Below are positions 8,901-17,186 of a stretch of 64,000 nucleotides of DNA, piece after piece. Location: positions 1,398 to 65,397 of the forward strand of contig DATDPP010000040.1 of the NCBI GenBank assembly GCA_035292685.1. Reading direction: 5' to 3'. This DNA comes from Acidimicrobiia bacterium. Lineage in GTDB: Bacteria; Actinomycetota; Acidimicrobiia; Spongiisociales; ZC4RG35. The position numbers and the translations under genes are program-made. Under the pieces are notes generated by a model, which made no database searches, was not told where the DNA came from, and worked only from the letters and a program-made list of their open reading frames with translations. The first letter of the stretch is position 1. Every line of letters starts with the position of its first letter.

Positions 8901-8986
8901 TCTTCATCGAGACTCCGGGCGACTGGTGCCACACCTGTGACTTCCTGAGGTTCTGCGGGCCGGGTAAGGCTTGGCTCGCTGAATGA
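5936..8986 (+). CDS. adnB: AdnB-like helicase-nuclease subunit
   Basis: Track ORF 5117..8986 trimmed to ATG 5936 (ATGA overlap with adnA stop; MRSLIPSPEQ). Motifs GAGTGKT, VVLDEYQDTNP, TVHRAKGLEWD. C-terminal CPKRF, VVDFKSG, CHTCDFLRFC. Confidence 0.85.
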   Translation: MRSLIPSPEQAEILSLGPDSIRIRAGAGTGKTTTVAMVISNLITNHYVDPERILGITFTNKAASELADRVRSTITGIVDEGRQIEVHTYHGFAAQVLFEFGALVGVDNRVKVITPTFSRQILAETFDHTTYQHLDITNRMTLDRIRGLGDRLGDHLLEPGDLLGQEHPDDETWDNRNEMLQTLLRYSEDKRRLGVVDYADLVTLSTRIFRTHPGLAGEIRDRYQVVVLDEYQDTNPGQRVLLTTIFGEGFPVIAVGDEDQTIYEWRGASSENFELFPLHFRAAGGGPPQDRSLTLNRRSSQTILDVANEIRRKANPAAELLLTSDPEKEGQVITYWAGDALAEADWIARRFEELHDDGVPFSEMAVLFRKNKDFAVVVDAMARNGIPVEVANVGGLLSVPEVAELRSWLTVIERPENSAALVEILFGSRYRLGLADIAPLSLWVSAAEPVRDREEENPITLLEAIEDIDRITGIRDDARSALRHFLGLYRTVLTESQGMSLVETCRLILDRTRAWQDIEALPGATRLTARLNLHRLLDLAEDWSPLIGRPSLEAFLDYLGAMEDEPAEELDSAHLSGEDAVTLVTVHRAKGLEWDVVAIPAVTDQNFPSRARQHPDPDRFAEYLPVQNRIDTALADMPDDEAARQEYLKARNDIQEWRTAYVAATRARSLLMVTGAYWYGLPEPTIKAKKPSPLFELVESHPATHIAGHEVEPARPALLRRAPDAATPDPVFEQGWDGGLRLAMSDHEAMSRRASELGAGSEFDQRVDELVGRLFELAATEQIPQAPQDQRTVSVTGLVTYAQCPKRFYWSAVDPLPRGRSPSAVAGTELHRRIELHQRGQVPFEQFSEDLYDVPDEAAGDGGFNAFRDSRFAERRAALVEAPFELLAGDGYRVRGRIDAVYVDGRHWEVVDFKSGRPSTDPSRIVQLQSYAMAATDIDFGHPAPEELDATFAYLGGGLVEDTYRADAAWIEEARSDITTLIQSIDDKVFIETPGDWCHTCDFLRFCGPGKAWLAE

Positions 8987-9585
8987 CCGTCGTTGCAGCC
9001 GCCCTGGCGGGCTATCTGATCGGCTCGCTGCCCACCGCCAACACCCTCGCCGGGCTGTGGGGGGTGAACCTTCGCACCTCGGGGTCGGGCAACCCGGGGG
9101 CCAACAACGCCCGCCGCCTGGCTGGGCTCACCCCCTTCTTCTTGATCTTGGGCGTGGAGATGGGAAAGGGGGTGCTCGCCGTGCTTGTCGGCCATTCACT
9201 CGCCGGAGACCTGGGAGCGGTGACCGCCGGGCTGGGGGCCGCGGCGGGCAACGTATACAACGTCTGGTATTGGTTTGGGGGCGGTAAAGGCCTGGCAATC
9301 ACCCTTGGGATCCTCCTGGCCGCATGGCCCACCTTCGTCCCCTTCGGATTGTTGATCATCGGCGTGTCCGCCGCAGTCACCCGATCTTCGGGCATCGGGG
9401 CCCTGGTTGCCCTGGCCGGCCTGTTCCTGGGGGCTGTCATATGGGCGTGGGCAGGGCTCGACACGGGCTGGGGAGTCGAGGATGTGACCACATTGTTGGT
9501 GCTCGGCATCGGAATCCCTCTGGTCTTATGGCAGCGGCATTGGGCGGACGCCAAGAAACACCTCAGAGCACCCGTCCCCCTCTGA
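8983..9585 (+). CDS. plsY: Glycerol-3-phosphate acyltransferase PlsY
   Basis: 200 aa, multi-TM, GSGNPGANN motif. ATGA overlap with adnB stop. Confidence 0.85.
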   Translation: MTVVAAALAGYLIGSLPTANTLAGLWGVNLRTSGSGNPGANNARRLAGLTPFFLILGVEMGKGVLAVLVGHSLAGDLGAVTAGLGAAAGNVYNVWYWFGGGKGLAITLGILLAAWPTFVPFGLLIIGVSAAVTRSSGIGALVALAGLFLGAVIWAWAGLDTGWGVEDVTTLLVLGIGIPLVLWQRHWADAKKHLRAPVPL

Positions 9586-10018
9586 CCTCGAGCAACAAGG
9601 TCACCGGCCCGTCGTTGACCAGAGCCACCGCCATCCTCGCCCCGAATCTCCCGGTCTGGGCGGGAACTCCCCCTTCGCTGAGATGCCGCACCAGGTCCTC
9701 GATCAGTGGCGCAGCCACGTCCGGGGACGCGGCCCCGCTGAACGATGGGCGCCGCCCTCGCCGGACATCCCCAAACAACGTGAACTGGCTGACGACGAGG
9801 ACCTCGCCGCCGGTCTCCAGAATCGAGCGGTTCATCAACCCCTCGTCGTCGGAAAAGAGCCGGAGCCCAATGATCTTCTTCGCAGCCACCGCGGCTTCGC
9901 TCGAGCCGTCGCCCGGCTCGATGCCCACCAGCGCCAGGAGCCCCGGACCGATGGCAGCGATCGACTCCTCCTCGACGGTGACGGCCGCTTGGGATACCCG
10001 CTGCAGGACGATCCTCAC
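9563..10018 (-). CDS. dtd: D-aminoacyl-tRNA deacylase
   Basis: Track ORF trimmed to GTG 10018 (VRIVLQRV). SQFTLFGD motif. About 151 aa, typical Dtd length. Confidence 0.85.
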   Translation of the reverse strand: MRIVLQRVSQAAVTVEEESIAAIGPGLLALVGIEPGDGSSEAAVAAKKIIGLRLFSDDEGLMNRSILETGGEVLVVSQFTLFGDVRRGRRPSFSGAASPDVAAPLIEDLVRHLSEGGVPAQTGRFGARMAVALVNDGPVTLLLEVRGGRVL

Positions 10019-10053
10019 GAAGCCCGATTGTGGCAGCCAAATAGAGTGGGGCC

Positions 10054-12330
10054 GTGTCCCCCCAAGGCAACCGGACCGACGAGCTTCTCGCCGGCCCTCC
10101 CGGAGCGAGCGTCCTCTACCTGGTCGACGCCGCATCCGACTACGAGGCTGTGCTTCTCGAACGATGGGTGCGCCGTGAAAACGCAGGTCATGTCGGCATT
10201 GTCAGGATCGCCTCGTCCCGGAGAGGCGTGGGTGGGGACGAGGAATCGTTGGGCCGGCACCTGCTGTCTGGGGACAACCTCTACCTGATCCCGGTCCGGC
10301 TCGTCTGGATGCCCCCGAAGAAGCAGGACGGCCGTCGCCCGGTGCGCTGGACCGATGTCTTTCAACCGGGTGATCCCAGGGACCCTCGAGGCCTCCGCGC
10401 CCGCTGGATTCGCACCTTCCGCCGCGACCGCGTCCGCCTGATTGCCGCCGGCGGCGCCTTCGCTTCCGAGATGGCTGCTGACTACGAGGTATCGGGACAA
10501 GTCGACCCTCTCGCCAGCTACGTCACGAGACGGGCCTGGAGTGTCCTCGACCGGGCCGAGCGCAAGCTTCGGGGCAACCGGTACAAGATCCCGCGCTTCG
10601 TGCCCGAGGCCGTCCTCTCACGCAAGGAGTTCCTGGACGCGATCGACCAGATCTCGAGGGAGACGAACACCGAGATCGAAGTGGGGCGGGCCAAGGCAGA
10701 GCGATATCTGAGGGAGATGGCGGCCACCCATTCCCCGTATGCGATCGACTTGATCGCCAACGGGATCCACAAGCTCTACAGCCAGGGATACGGCGGAATC
10801 CGATACGACCATGACCAAGTGCGGAAGGTGGCCGAGTTGGGCCAGGAGCACCCTGTCATCTTCCTGCCGTCTCATCGATCGAATCTCGATCGACTGAGCC
10901 TCCAATTCATGCTCTGGGAGAACGACCTCCCTCCCAATCACACCGCCGGGGGGATCAACATGAACTTCTTCCCCGTGGGGCCGTTGATGCGGCGCACGGG
11001 GGTCTTCTTCATCAGGAGGAGCTTCAAGGACAACCGCCTGTACAAGGCGGTCCTCAAGGGGTATCTCGATTATCTGATCGAGAAACGGTTCCCCCTCGAG
11101 TGGTACCTGGAGGGGGGTCGTTCCAGATCAGGGAGGCTCGGAGCGCCCCATTTCGGCCTCCTCAGCTATGTCGTCGATTCCCTGAGGCGGGGCAAGACCG
11201 ATGACATCCAACTGATCCCGGTGTCGATCGCCTACGACCAGATCCAGGACGTGCCCGATTACGCCCGCGAAGCCATGGGCAAGGGGAAGCAGAAGGAGAC
11301 ACTGGGATGGCTGTTTCGGGCGGTCAAGTCACTGCGGCGGCGATATGGGAACATCTACATCCGATTCGGGGAGTCGATTTCGGTGGCGGCGGCCCTGGCC
11401 TCGATCGACGAAGGAGACGAGTCCTCGATCGGTCTCCAAAAGCTCGGCTTCGAGGTGATGTACCGGATCGGGAAGGTGACACCCATCACCCCCGCCGCCC
11501 TTGTGACCGTGGCACTGCTCGGGGCTCGGGGCAGCGCCCGCAACGCGGAGCAAGTGGCCGAGGAATGCGTGAGCCTGTCGGAGTTCGTCACGGCCCGCGC
11601 CCTGCCCACCACAGAGGACCTCGACCTGGCGGATGCCGCACGGGTTACCGCGGTCCTCGACTGGCTCGGTGAGCACGGCAACGTCTCCAGCCACTCCGCC
11701 GTCGGCCGCCGGGTCTTCTGGCTCGATGAGGAGCAGATGGTGCGCATCGCCTACTACCGCAACGTGATCGTGCATTTCTTCGTGCCGCGGGCATTGGCCG
11801 AGATGGCGCTCACAGGGCTCGTCGACCGCGACGACGTCACCGGATCCGAGGTCGACGATGCACTCTTGAGACTGCGCGACCTGCTCAAATTCGAGTTCTT
11901 CTTCCAGGAGAAGCAGGATTTCCTGGATTCGATCTCGGCCGATGTGGAACTGGACGTCCCCGACTGGAGGGCCAGCCTCACGTCGAATGGCGCGGCGTGG
12001 ATTCTCTCCAAGATGGGCGCCCAGGTAGCCCGGTGGGCAGTCATGCCTTTCCTCGACGCCTACCAGATCGTCGGCGACGAGCTCGAAGCCACTCGCGGGT
12101 CCTTCAACGAGAAATCCTTCCTCAAGGCCTGTCTCGAGCGGGCGCGCATGTATCGAATCGAGGGCCGATTGATCTCGGGGGAGAGTGCCAGCCAGGTGAT
12201 GTTCAAATCAGCCCTCTCGCTTGCCGACAACCGTGGACTGCTGACCAGATCAGGAGACGTCGACGAGAGGCGGCGCCAATTCGCCAGAGAGATCAGAGAG
12301 GCGCGCGATCTGGCGGCAACAGGTCTTTGA
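10054..12330 (+). CDS. plsB: Glycerol-3-phosphate acyltransferase PlsB-like
   Basis: 758 aa. Acyltransferase H-x4-D block PSHRSNLD, plus FFIRRSF and EGGRSRSG blocks. Confidence 0.8.
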   Translation: MSPQGNRTDELLAGPPGASVLYLVDAASDYEAVLLERWVRRENAGHVGIVRIASSRRGVGGDEESLGRHLLSGDNLYLIPVRLVWMPPKKQDGRRPVRWTDVFQPGDPRDPRGLRARWIRTFRRDRVRLIAAGGAFASEMAADYEVSGQVDPLASYVTRRAWSVLDRAERKLRGNRYKIPRFVPEAVLSRKEFLDAIDQISRETNTEIEVGRAKAERYLREMAATHSPYAIDLIANGIHKLYSQGYGGIRYDHDQVRKVAELGQEHPVIFLPSHRSNLDRLSLQFMLWENDLPPNHTAGGINMNFFPVGPLMRRTGVFFIRRSFKDNRLYKAVLKGYLDYLIEKRFPLEWYLEGGRSRSGRLGAPHFGLLSYVVDSLRRGKTDDIQLIPVSIAYDQIQDVPDYAREAMGKGKQKETLGWLFRAVKSLRRRYGNIYIRFGESISVAAALASIDEGDESSIGLQKLGFEVMYRIGKVTPITPAALVTVALLGARGSARNAEQVAEECVSLSEFVTARALPTTEDLDLADAARVTAVLDWLGEHGNVSSHSAVGRRVFWLDEEQMVRIAYYRNVIVHFFVPRALAEMALTGLVDRDDVTGSEVDDALLRLRDLLKFEFFFQEKQDFLDSISADVELDVPDWRASLTSNGAAWILSKMGAQVARWAVMPFLDAYQIVGDELEATRGSFNEKSFLKACLERARMYRIEGRLISGESASQVMFKSALSLADNRGLLTRSGDVDERRRQFAREIREARDLAATGL

Positions 12331-12338
12331 GGCCGTCG

Positions 12339-12845
12339 TCAGGGTCGGATTCCCCAACGCTGGCGCGCTTCCTCGATCAGCTCCTGTGAGGTCTTTGGCG
12401 GAGCCGCCGGCTTGGTTACCGGACCCGGTTCCTCGCTCGGTGGCGGTTCGACACCCGGCTCTGGGGCGGTGACGACCGGGGTCGGTGCCGCGACCACTTT
12501 CTTGGGCGGAGCGACGGTGCGAGCCGGTTTCGGGGGTGCCGGGGCCGGAGGCGGGGGAAGCTCGTAGCTGGCATCCGGTCGGGGCACGGTCGGGGGTGTT
12601 CCGAAGGAGTCTGGTGACTCCACGACCCGCGCCCGTCTCCGAAGGGCCCGCCCGACCCCGATCAACACGATGGAGGGGAAGATCGTGGACCCGATGCTCG
12701 AGGCGAGCTCCCCGGACACTCCCAAACCCTGAGGGGCGCCCATGGCCCAGAGCACGGCGAACACGAACCAGGCGTACCCGACCCATGACAAGGCGGTCCC
12801 CAAGGTGGCGGCCGAGCTCTGTTCGCTATCCGCCATCAGGGTCAT
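12339..12845 (-). CDS. Hypothetical membrane protein with Pro-rich C-terminal half
   Basis: 168 aa. Two predicted TM helices, then a PPPPAPAPPKP-type low-complexity region. 9 nt downstream of the ABC-2 permease gene, same strand. Confidence 0.5.
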   Translation of the reverse strand: MTLMADSEQSSAATLGTALSWVGYAWFVFAVLWAMGAPQGLGVSGELASSIGSTIFPSIVLIGVGRALRRRARVVESPDSFGTPPTVPRPDASYELPPPPAPAPPKPARTVAPPKKVVAAPTPVVTAPEPGVEPPPSEEPGPVTKPAAPPKTSQELIEEARQRWGIRP

Positions 12846-12854
12846 TCAAACATA

Positions 12855-14018
12855 TCAGGGCCGGGTGAGGGCGATGCGGAGACGCCAGGCTGCGAGCAGG
12901 AGCAGGACTGTCGCGTAGACGATGAGGACCCCCAACTCGGCGAGGATGTCGGCCACCGTCCCGTTTCTCCGAACCAGCTCGGCGAAGCCGTCGAGAGCCC
13001 ATGCATGGGGTGTGATGTGAGCCACGGTCTGCATGGTCGGTGAGAACAACTCGGCTGGCAGCATGCACCCGCCGAGGGCTGCCAGGCCCAGGGCCAGGAC
13101 AACACCGATCCCGCCGGCCTGGGCATCGTTGTTGAAGGTCGCCCCAACCAACATGCCCGCCCCCGCACCCACCGCGGAGAATGTGATCAGGATCAAGGCA
13201 GCTCCGAGTGGGTCGCCCCAGTCGACCTGAAACAAGAAGAAGGTGACCAGGATGATGTAGAGGCCCTGCACCATGGCAACTGCCCACCGCCCCGTCCCTT
13301 CGCCAATCACGATGGTCCTGGTGGTAGTCGGGGTTGACAGCATGCGCCGCGATATCCCGAGTTGGCGGCTGAGGATCAGCGCCGCCGAACCGGCGAGCGC
13401 CGTCAGAAACACGAAGAGAATCAGTTGCTGGGACGCTCCCAGGTCGAACTGGCCCAGGGAGGCCGGGAACAATGACTCACCGACGGCCGTCACCTCGACA
13501 CCCAGGCCTGGAGCACCCTCCCGCAGTGCCACTGCGGCCGCCAGGGCGCCGTCGAATGGGGCGCCGGTCTTCAGCGCTGCGAACTGGGCCGCGGTGACCG
13601 GTGTCATGACCCTCGACACCGCCGCCCCGACCACAGACTGGATCTGGGGGCCGAAGCCATCAGGCCGGGACACGAAGTCGACCTTCACCTGCTCCCCCGC
13701 TCCCGCCTTCTGATCCATGCCAGCCGGCACGAACAGCCCGGCCTGAGAACTCCCCTGTTCCACCGATGCGACCAACTCCTCGGACGTGTCGAAGCGCCTT
13801 ACGTCGAGGTTGTCTTCTGACTCGACCTCCCCGGCGATCGCAACGGCCAACTGATCGTCGTCCGCCAGATAGAGCCCGATTACCGGATCGACCCCGCCGC
13901 CGAATTGGGCACCGATGAGCAGGATCAATGCCAACGGGAAGACAAAGACGAAGAAGATGTTCGAGCGTTCCCTCAGCATCCTTCGCACGTTGGACCAAGC
14001 AATGGCGAAGACCTTCAT
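12855..14018 (-). CDS. ABC-2 type transporter permease
   Basis: Track ORF trimmed to ATG 14018 (MKVFAIAWSNVRRML), a 4-nt overlap with the upstream permease stop. N-terminal TM, large loop, C-terminal TM bundle. Confidence 0.8.
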   Translation of the reverse strand: MKVFAIAWSNVRRMLRERSNIFFVFVFPLALILLIGAQFGGGVDPVIGLYLADDDQLAVAIAGEVESEDNLDVRRFDTSEELVASVEQGSSQAGLFVPAGMDQKAGAGEQVKVDFVSRPDGFGPQIQSVVGAAVSRVMTPVTAAQFAALKTGAPFDGALAAAVALREGAPGLGVEVTAVGESLFPASLGQFDLGASQQLILFVFLTALAGSAALILSRQLGISRRMLSTPTTTRTIVIGEGTGRWAVAMVQGLYIILVTFFLFQVDWGDPLGAALILITFSAVGAGAGMLVGATFNNDAQAGGIGVVLALGLAALGGCMLPAELFSPTMQTVAHITPHAWALDGFAELVRRNGTVADILAELGVLIVYATVLLLLAAWRLRIALTRP

Positions 14019-15196
14019 TCGGCAATCCTCCGACGAAGAACGACCCAGGCGACGCTTCCAAGCACCAAGGAGAAAACGAGCAGAGCCGCCACGGAAGGCA
14101 GGGCGGCGGTCCATTCCGCCCCGCCCGAGATGTCGGCCAACCCTCCCATGAACCAGGCATGCGGGGTGAGGAATGTCAGCTTGCTCAGCAGGTCGTCACC
14201 CTGGCCGACGGGAAAGAAGGTGCCACCGAGCATTCCAAGGGTGACCGCGATGATGGCCCCGAGGTTTCCCGCCCCCTCCGGAGTCCTGGCGACACTGCCC
14301 ACCAATCCCATGATCGCCACCGCTGAGAGCACCCCGGCGACCACCAGAAGGGCCACACCGAGCGGCGGCCCCCAGACCGCGTCCATCACGAAACGCGTCG
14401 TCACCATCAGGACGCCCACAGAGATGATCCCGAGCGCCAGCGAGAGAAGGGCCTTGCCGGTGATGACGCTGGTCCGACGGATCGGAGCCGCCAACAATCG
14501 GGCCATGGTGCCGTCGCGTTTCTCCTCGAGAAGGCCAACCACCCCGAACTGGACGGTGAAGAAGAGGAAGAAGACGGCCATCCCCGCCGAGAAGTAGGTC
14601 GTGGGGTCGAGTTGTCGGGTCGCGGTCGTGACATCGTCGAGGACGAAGGACTGCCCACGTCCTGCCGCTTCCTGGCCCCAGCCGGCGGCTTCGGCAGGCG
14701 GAGGGCCGTCCAACAAGTCAAAAGAGGTCGCCACCGCGAGTTGGACCCCGGCAACCCCGGACCCGTACTGCTCCGCGATCCCCGCAGCTATCTGGGTCGA
14801 GGTCGGGGCGTCGATATTCCCAATGACGCGGATGTCGAACCCCTCCCCGGCCAGCACCGCCTCCTCCATTCCGGGATCGATCACGTAGTAGGCGTCGATC
14901 TCGCCTTCCTCGACTGCGGCTTCGGCGCTACCGGCACTCTCGTAGTCGGTCAGAGTGAGGATCCCTTCGCTCTCCACCGCCACCAGGATGTCGCCAAAGG
15001 ACTGGGATATCTCCGTGTCGTCGAGATCGACGAGACCGAAGCGGAGGTCGAGCGTGTTGGCGGTGAGCGCATCACCGAACACAAAGTTGAAGATGAAGGC
15101 CAGGACCAGCGGGGCGAGGATCCCGAGGATGAACACCGAACGGTCGCGGACCCGGAGCTTGAGGTCCTTGGTCGCGATTCGGATGGCTGCGCCCAC
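14015..15196 (-). CDS. ABC-2 type transporter permease
   Basis: 393 aa, same topology as its neighbour (paralogous pair). Confidence 0.8.
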   Translation of the reverse strand: MGAAIRIATKDLKLRVRDRSVFILGILAPLVLAFIFNFVFGDALTANTLDLRFGLVDLDDTEISQSFGDILVAVESEGILTLTDYESAGSAEAAVEEGEIDAYYVIDPGMEEAVLAGEGFDIRVIGNIDAPTSTQIAAGIAEQYGSGVAGVQLAVATSFDLLDGPPPAEAAGWGQEAAGRGQSFVLDDVTTATRQLDPTTYFSAGMAVFFLFFTVQFGVVGLLEEKRDGTMARLLAAPIRRTSVITGKALLSLALGIISVGVLMVTTRFVMDAVWGPPLGVALLVVAGVLSAVAIMGLVGSVARTPEGAGNLGAIIAVTLGMLGGTFFPVGQGDDLLSKLTFLTPHAWFMGGLADISGGAEWTAALPSVAALLVFSLVLGSVAWVVLRRRIAE

Positions 15197-15198
15197 GT

Positions 15199-16137
15199 CT
15201 AGTCCCGCAGCGCCTTGCCTGTCACATGGAGGAATACCGCCTCCAGATTGGGCTCCACCACCTCGACCCCGCTGATCACGACGCCGGCTCCCGCGATCTT
15301 GCTCAGCAGCTCGGGGAGCAGCCTCGATGCCTCGTTGGCAAGCACTTCCATCCCCTCATCGGATTGGCTTGCCTCGAAGACGCCGGAGATGTCATGAGCG
15401 ACCGCGGTGCCCCGGGCCAGGTCCCCGGTGGCGGTGATCGTGATCCGGTCCCTCCCCCCGACCATGGCGACCAACTCACGCCGCGTGCCTTCCGCCTTGA
15501 TCGTGCCCTCGTCGATGATTGCAACCCGATCACAGAGGCGCTCGGCCTCCTCCATGTAATGGGTGGTGTAGAGGACGGCCATCCCTTCGGCGGAGAGGCT
15601 CTCCACTGACTCGAGGATCGCGTTCCGGGACTGGGGGTCGACGCCCACCGTGGGCTCGTCGAGAATGAGGAGCTTGGGGCGATGAAGGAGCCCGATGCCG
15701 ATGTTGAGACGCCGCTTCATCCCCCCGGAGAACTCCCTGGTGAGGTCGTCGTGGCGATCTGTCAGACCGATCACCTCGAGCACCTCAGCGACCCGCTTCG
15801 ACAGCTGCTCGCCCTTCATCCCGTAGAGACGCCCGAAGAAGGCGAGGTTCTCGGTGGCGGTGAGGTCCGGGTAGATGGCCAGATCCTGGGGGACCAGCCC
15901 GATTGCAGCCTTGCCGTCGACCGAGTTCGGGGAGATCGGGATGCCGACCACCACCACCTCGCCGGCATCCGGCTCTAGAAGACCGGCGATCATCGAGATC
16001 GAGGTCGTCTTCCCGGCACCGTTCGGGCCGAGGAGGCCGAAGGTCTCCCCTTCCTCGATCGAAAAACCAACACCACCCACCGCGGTGAGGTCCCCGAAAC
16101 GGCGGACCAGGCCGGTTGCGGATAGAACGTTTGCCAA
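15199..16137 (-). CDS. ABC transporter ATP-binding protein (DrrA/ABC-2 subfamily)
   Basis: Walker A GPNGAGKTT, signature FSGGMKRR, Walker B LLILDEPT. Confidence 0.9.
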   Translation of the reverse strand: MANVLSATGLVRRFGDLTAVGGVGFSIEEGETFGLLGPNGAGKTTSISMIAGLLEPDAGEVVVVGIPISPNSVDGKAAIGLVPQDLAIYPDLTATENLAFFGRLYGMKGEQLSKRVAEVLEVIGLTDRHDDLTREFSGGMKRRLNIGIGLLHRPKLLILDEPTVGVDPQSRNAILESVESLSAEGMAVLYTTHYMEEAERLCDRVAIIDEGTIKAEGTRRELVAMVGGRDRITITATGDLARGTAVAHDISGVFEASQSDEGMEVLANEASRLLPELLSKIAGAGVVISGVEVVEPNLEAVFLHVTGKALRD

Positions 16138-16261
16138 GATCCCTGCCCTGGTTGCTCAGCGGAGCACCCTACCCATTCTGATCACGACCGGCGGCAGCTG
16201 GAAACGAGGACGAGGCGCACGACCCAGAGTCTATGGATCAGCAGTCGGTAGCCTTTTCCCG

Positions 16262-17152
16262 ATGGGAGAGTACGTGTCGGTTGCAACCGGCCCCATCCAC
16301 AGAGTGGACTTTGGGGGAAGGGGGGCCCTCTTCGTCCTGGTCCATGGTCTGGGCGGGTCCACGGCCAACTGGATCGCCGTCGCCGAAGGTCTGGCTAGAC
16401 ATGGACGGGTGCTCGCCGTAGATCTGCCGGGTTTCGGCCTCTCACCGCCGGGCCGCGACTATCGCCTCGAAACCCATCGCCTGGCGATTGAGAGCTTTAT
16501 CGAGCTGGAAGGAGCTCCCGCCACATTGATCGGCAACTCGACCGGCGGGCTCCTTTCCCAAATGGTCGCGGCGCATCGACCCGATCTCGTCGACCGCCTG
16601 GTGCTGGTGGCACCGGCAACTCCACCGGTGCTCCCGGATCCCCGGTTCGACTGGCAGACCGCGGTTCGTCTGACGCTTCAGGCAACACCTGGTGTGGGCT
16701 CCACATATGGCCGCCGCTTCATCGACAGCCACACGCCTGAGGAGTTGGTTCGCCTCAGCTTGGAGATGATCACCCATAAGCGAGGCCGGGTGCCGGTGGC
16801 TGTCATCGAAGCCTCGATAGATATGGCTCGGATCCGAAAGGAGCTGCCCTGGTCGGCCGACGCCACGGCGCAGACAGCCACCTCCATCGCCGCCTTGTAC
16901 GCCACCCGAGCGCAGTACATGCGGATGATCCGGTCGATCATGGCTCCGACCCTGGTGGTCCAGGGACTGTCGGATCACATCGTGTCGCCAACCGCCGTTG
17001 AACGGGTTTGCAGCCTCCGACCCGACTGGACCCTGGTCCAGATGCCGGACACCGGCCACACCCCTCATATGGACGCCCACCTGCGTTTTCTGGCCGAGGT
17101 CGAGCCCTGGCTGAGCCCGATTCGAGCCCGGGCCGTCGGCGCCACACCCTGA
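16262..17152 (+). CDS. Alpha/beta hydrolase
   Basis: Track ORF trimmed to ATG 16262 (MGEYVSV). HGLGGS and nucleophile elbow GNSTGG. TAGCCT sits 7 nt upstream of the ATG (leaderless-type). Confidence 0.8.
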   Translation: MGEYVSVATGPIHRVDFGGRGALFVLVHGLGGSTANWIAVAEGLARHGRVLAVDLPGFGLSPPGRDYRLETHRLAIESFIELEGAPATLIGNSTGGLLSQMVAAHRPDLVDRLVLVAPATPPVLPDPRFDWQTAVRLTLQATPGVGSTYGRRFIDSHTPEELVRLSLEMITHKRGRVPVAVIEASIDMARIRKELPWSADATAQTATSIAALYATRAQYMRMIRSIMAPTLVVQGLSDHIVSPTAVERVCSLRPDWTLVQMPDTGHTPHMDAHLRFLAEVEPWLSPIRARAVGATP

Positions 17153-17186
17153 GGCGAGAACCCCGGCCCTAACTAACATTCACCGG

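Noticed and set aside
10019-10053. TTGTGG...TAGAGT upstream of plsB as a fifth copy of the damage-type motif
   Set aside because: It has TGTG rather than TGTC, and only 9 nt (not 12) separate it from the TANNNT box. I treat it as an ordinary leaderless promoter.
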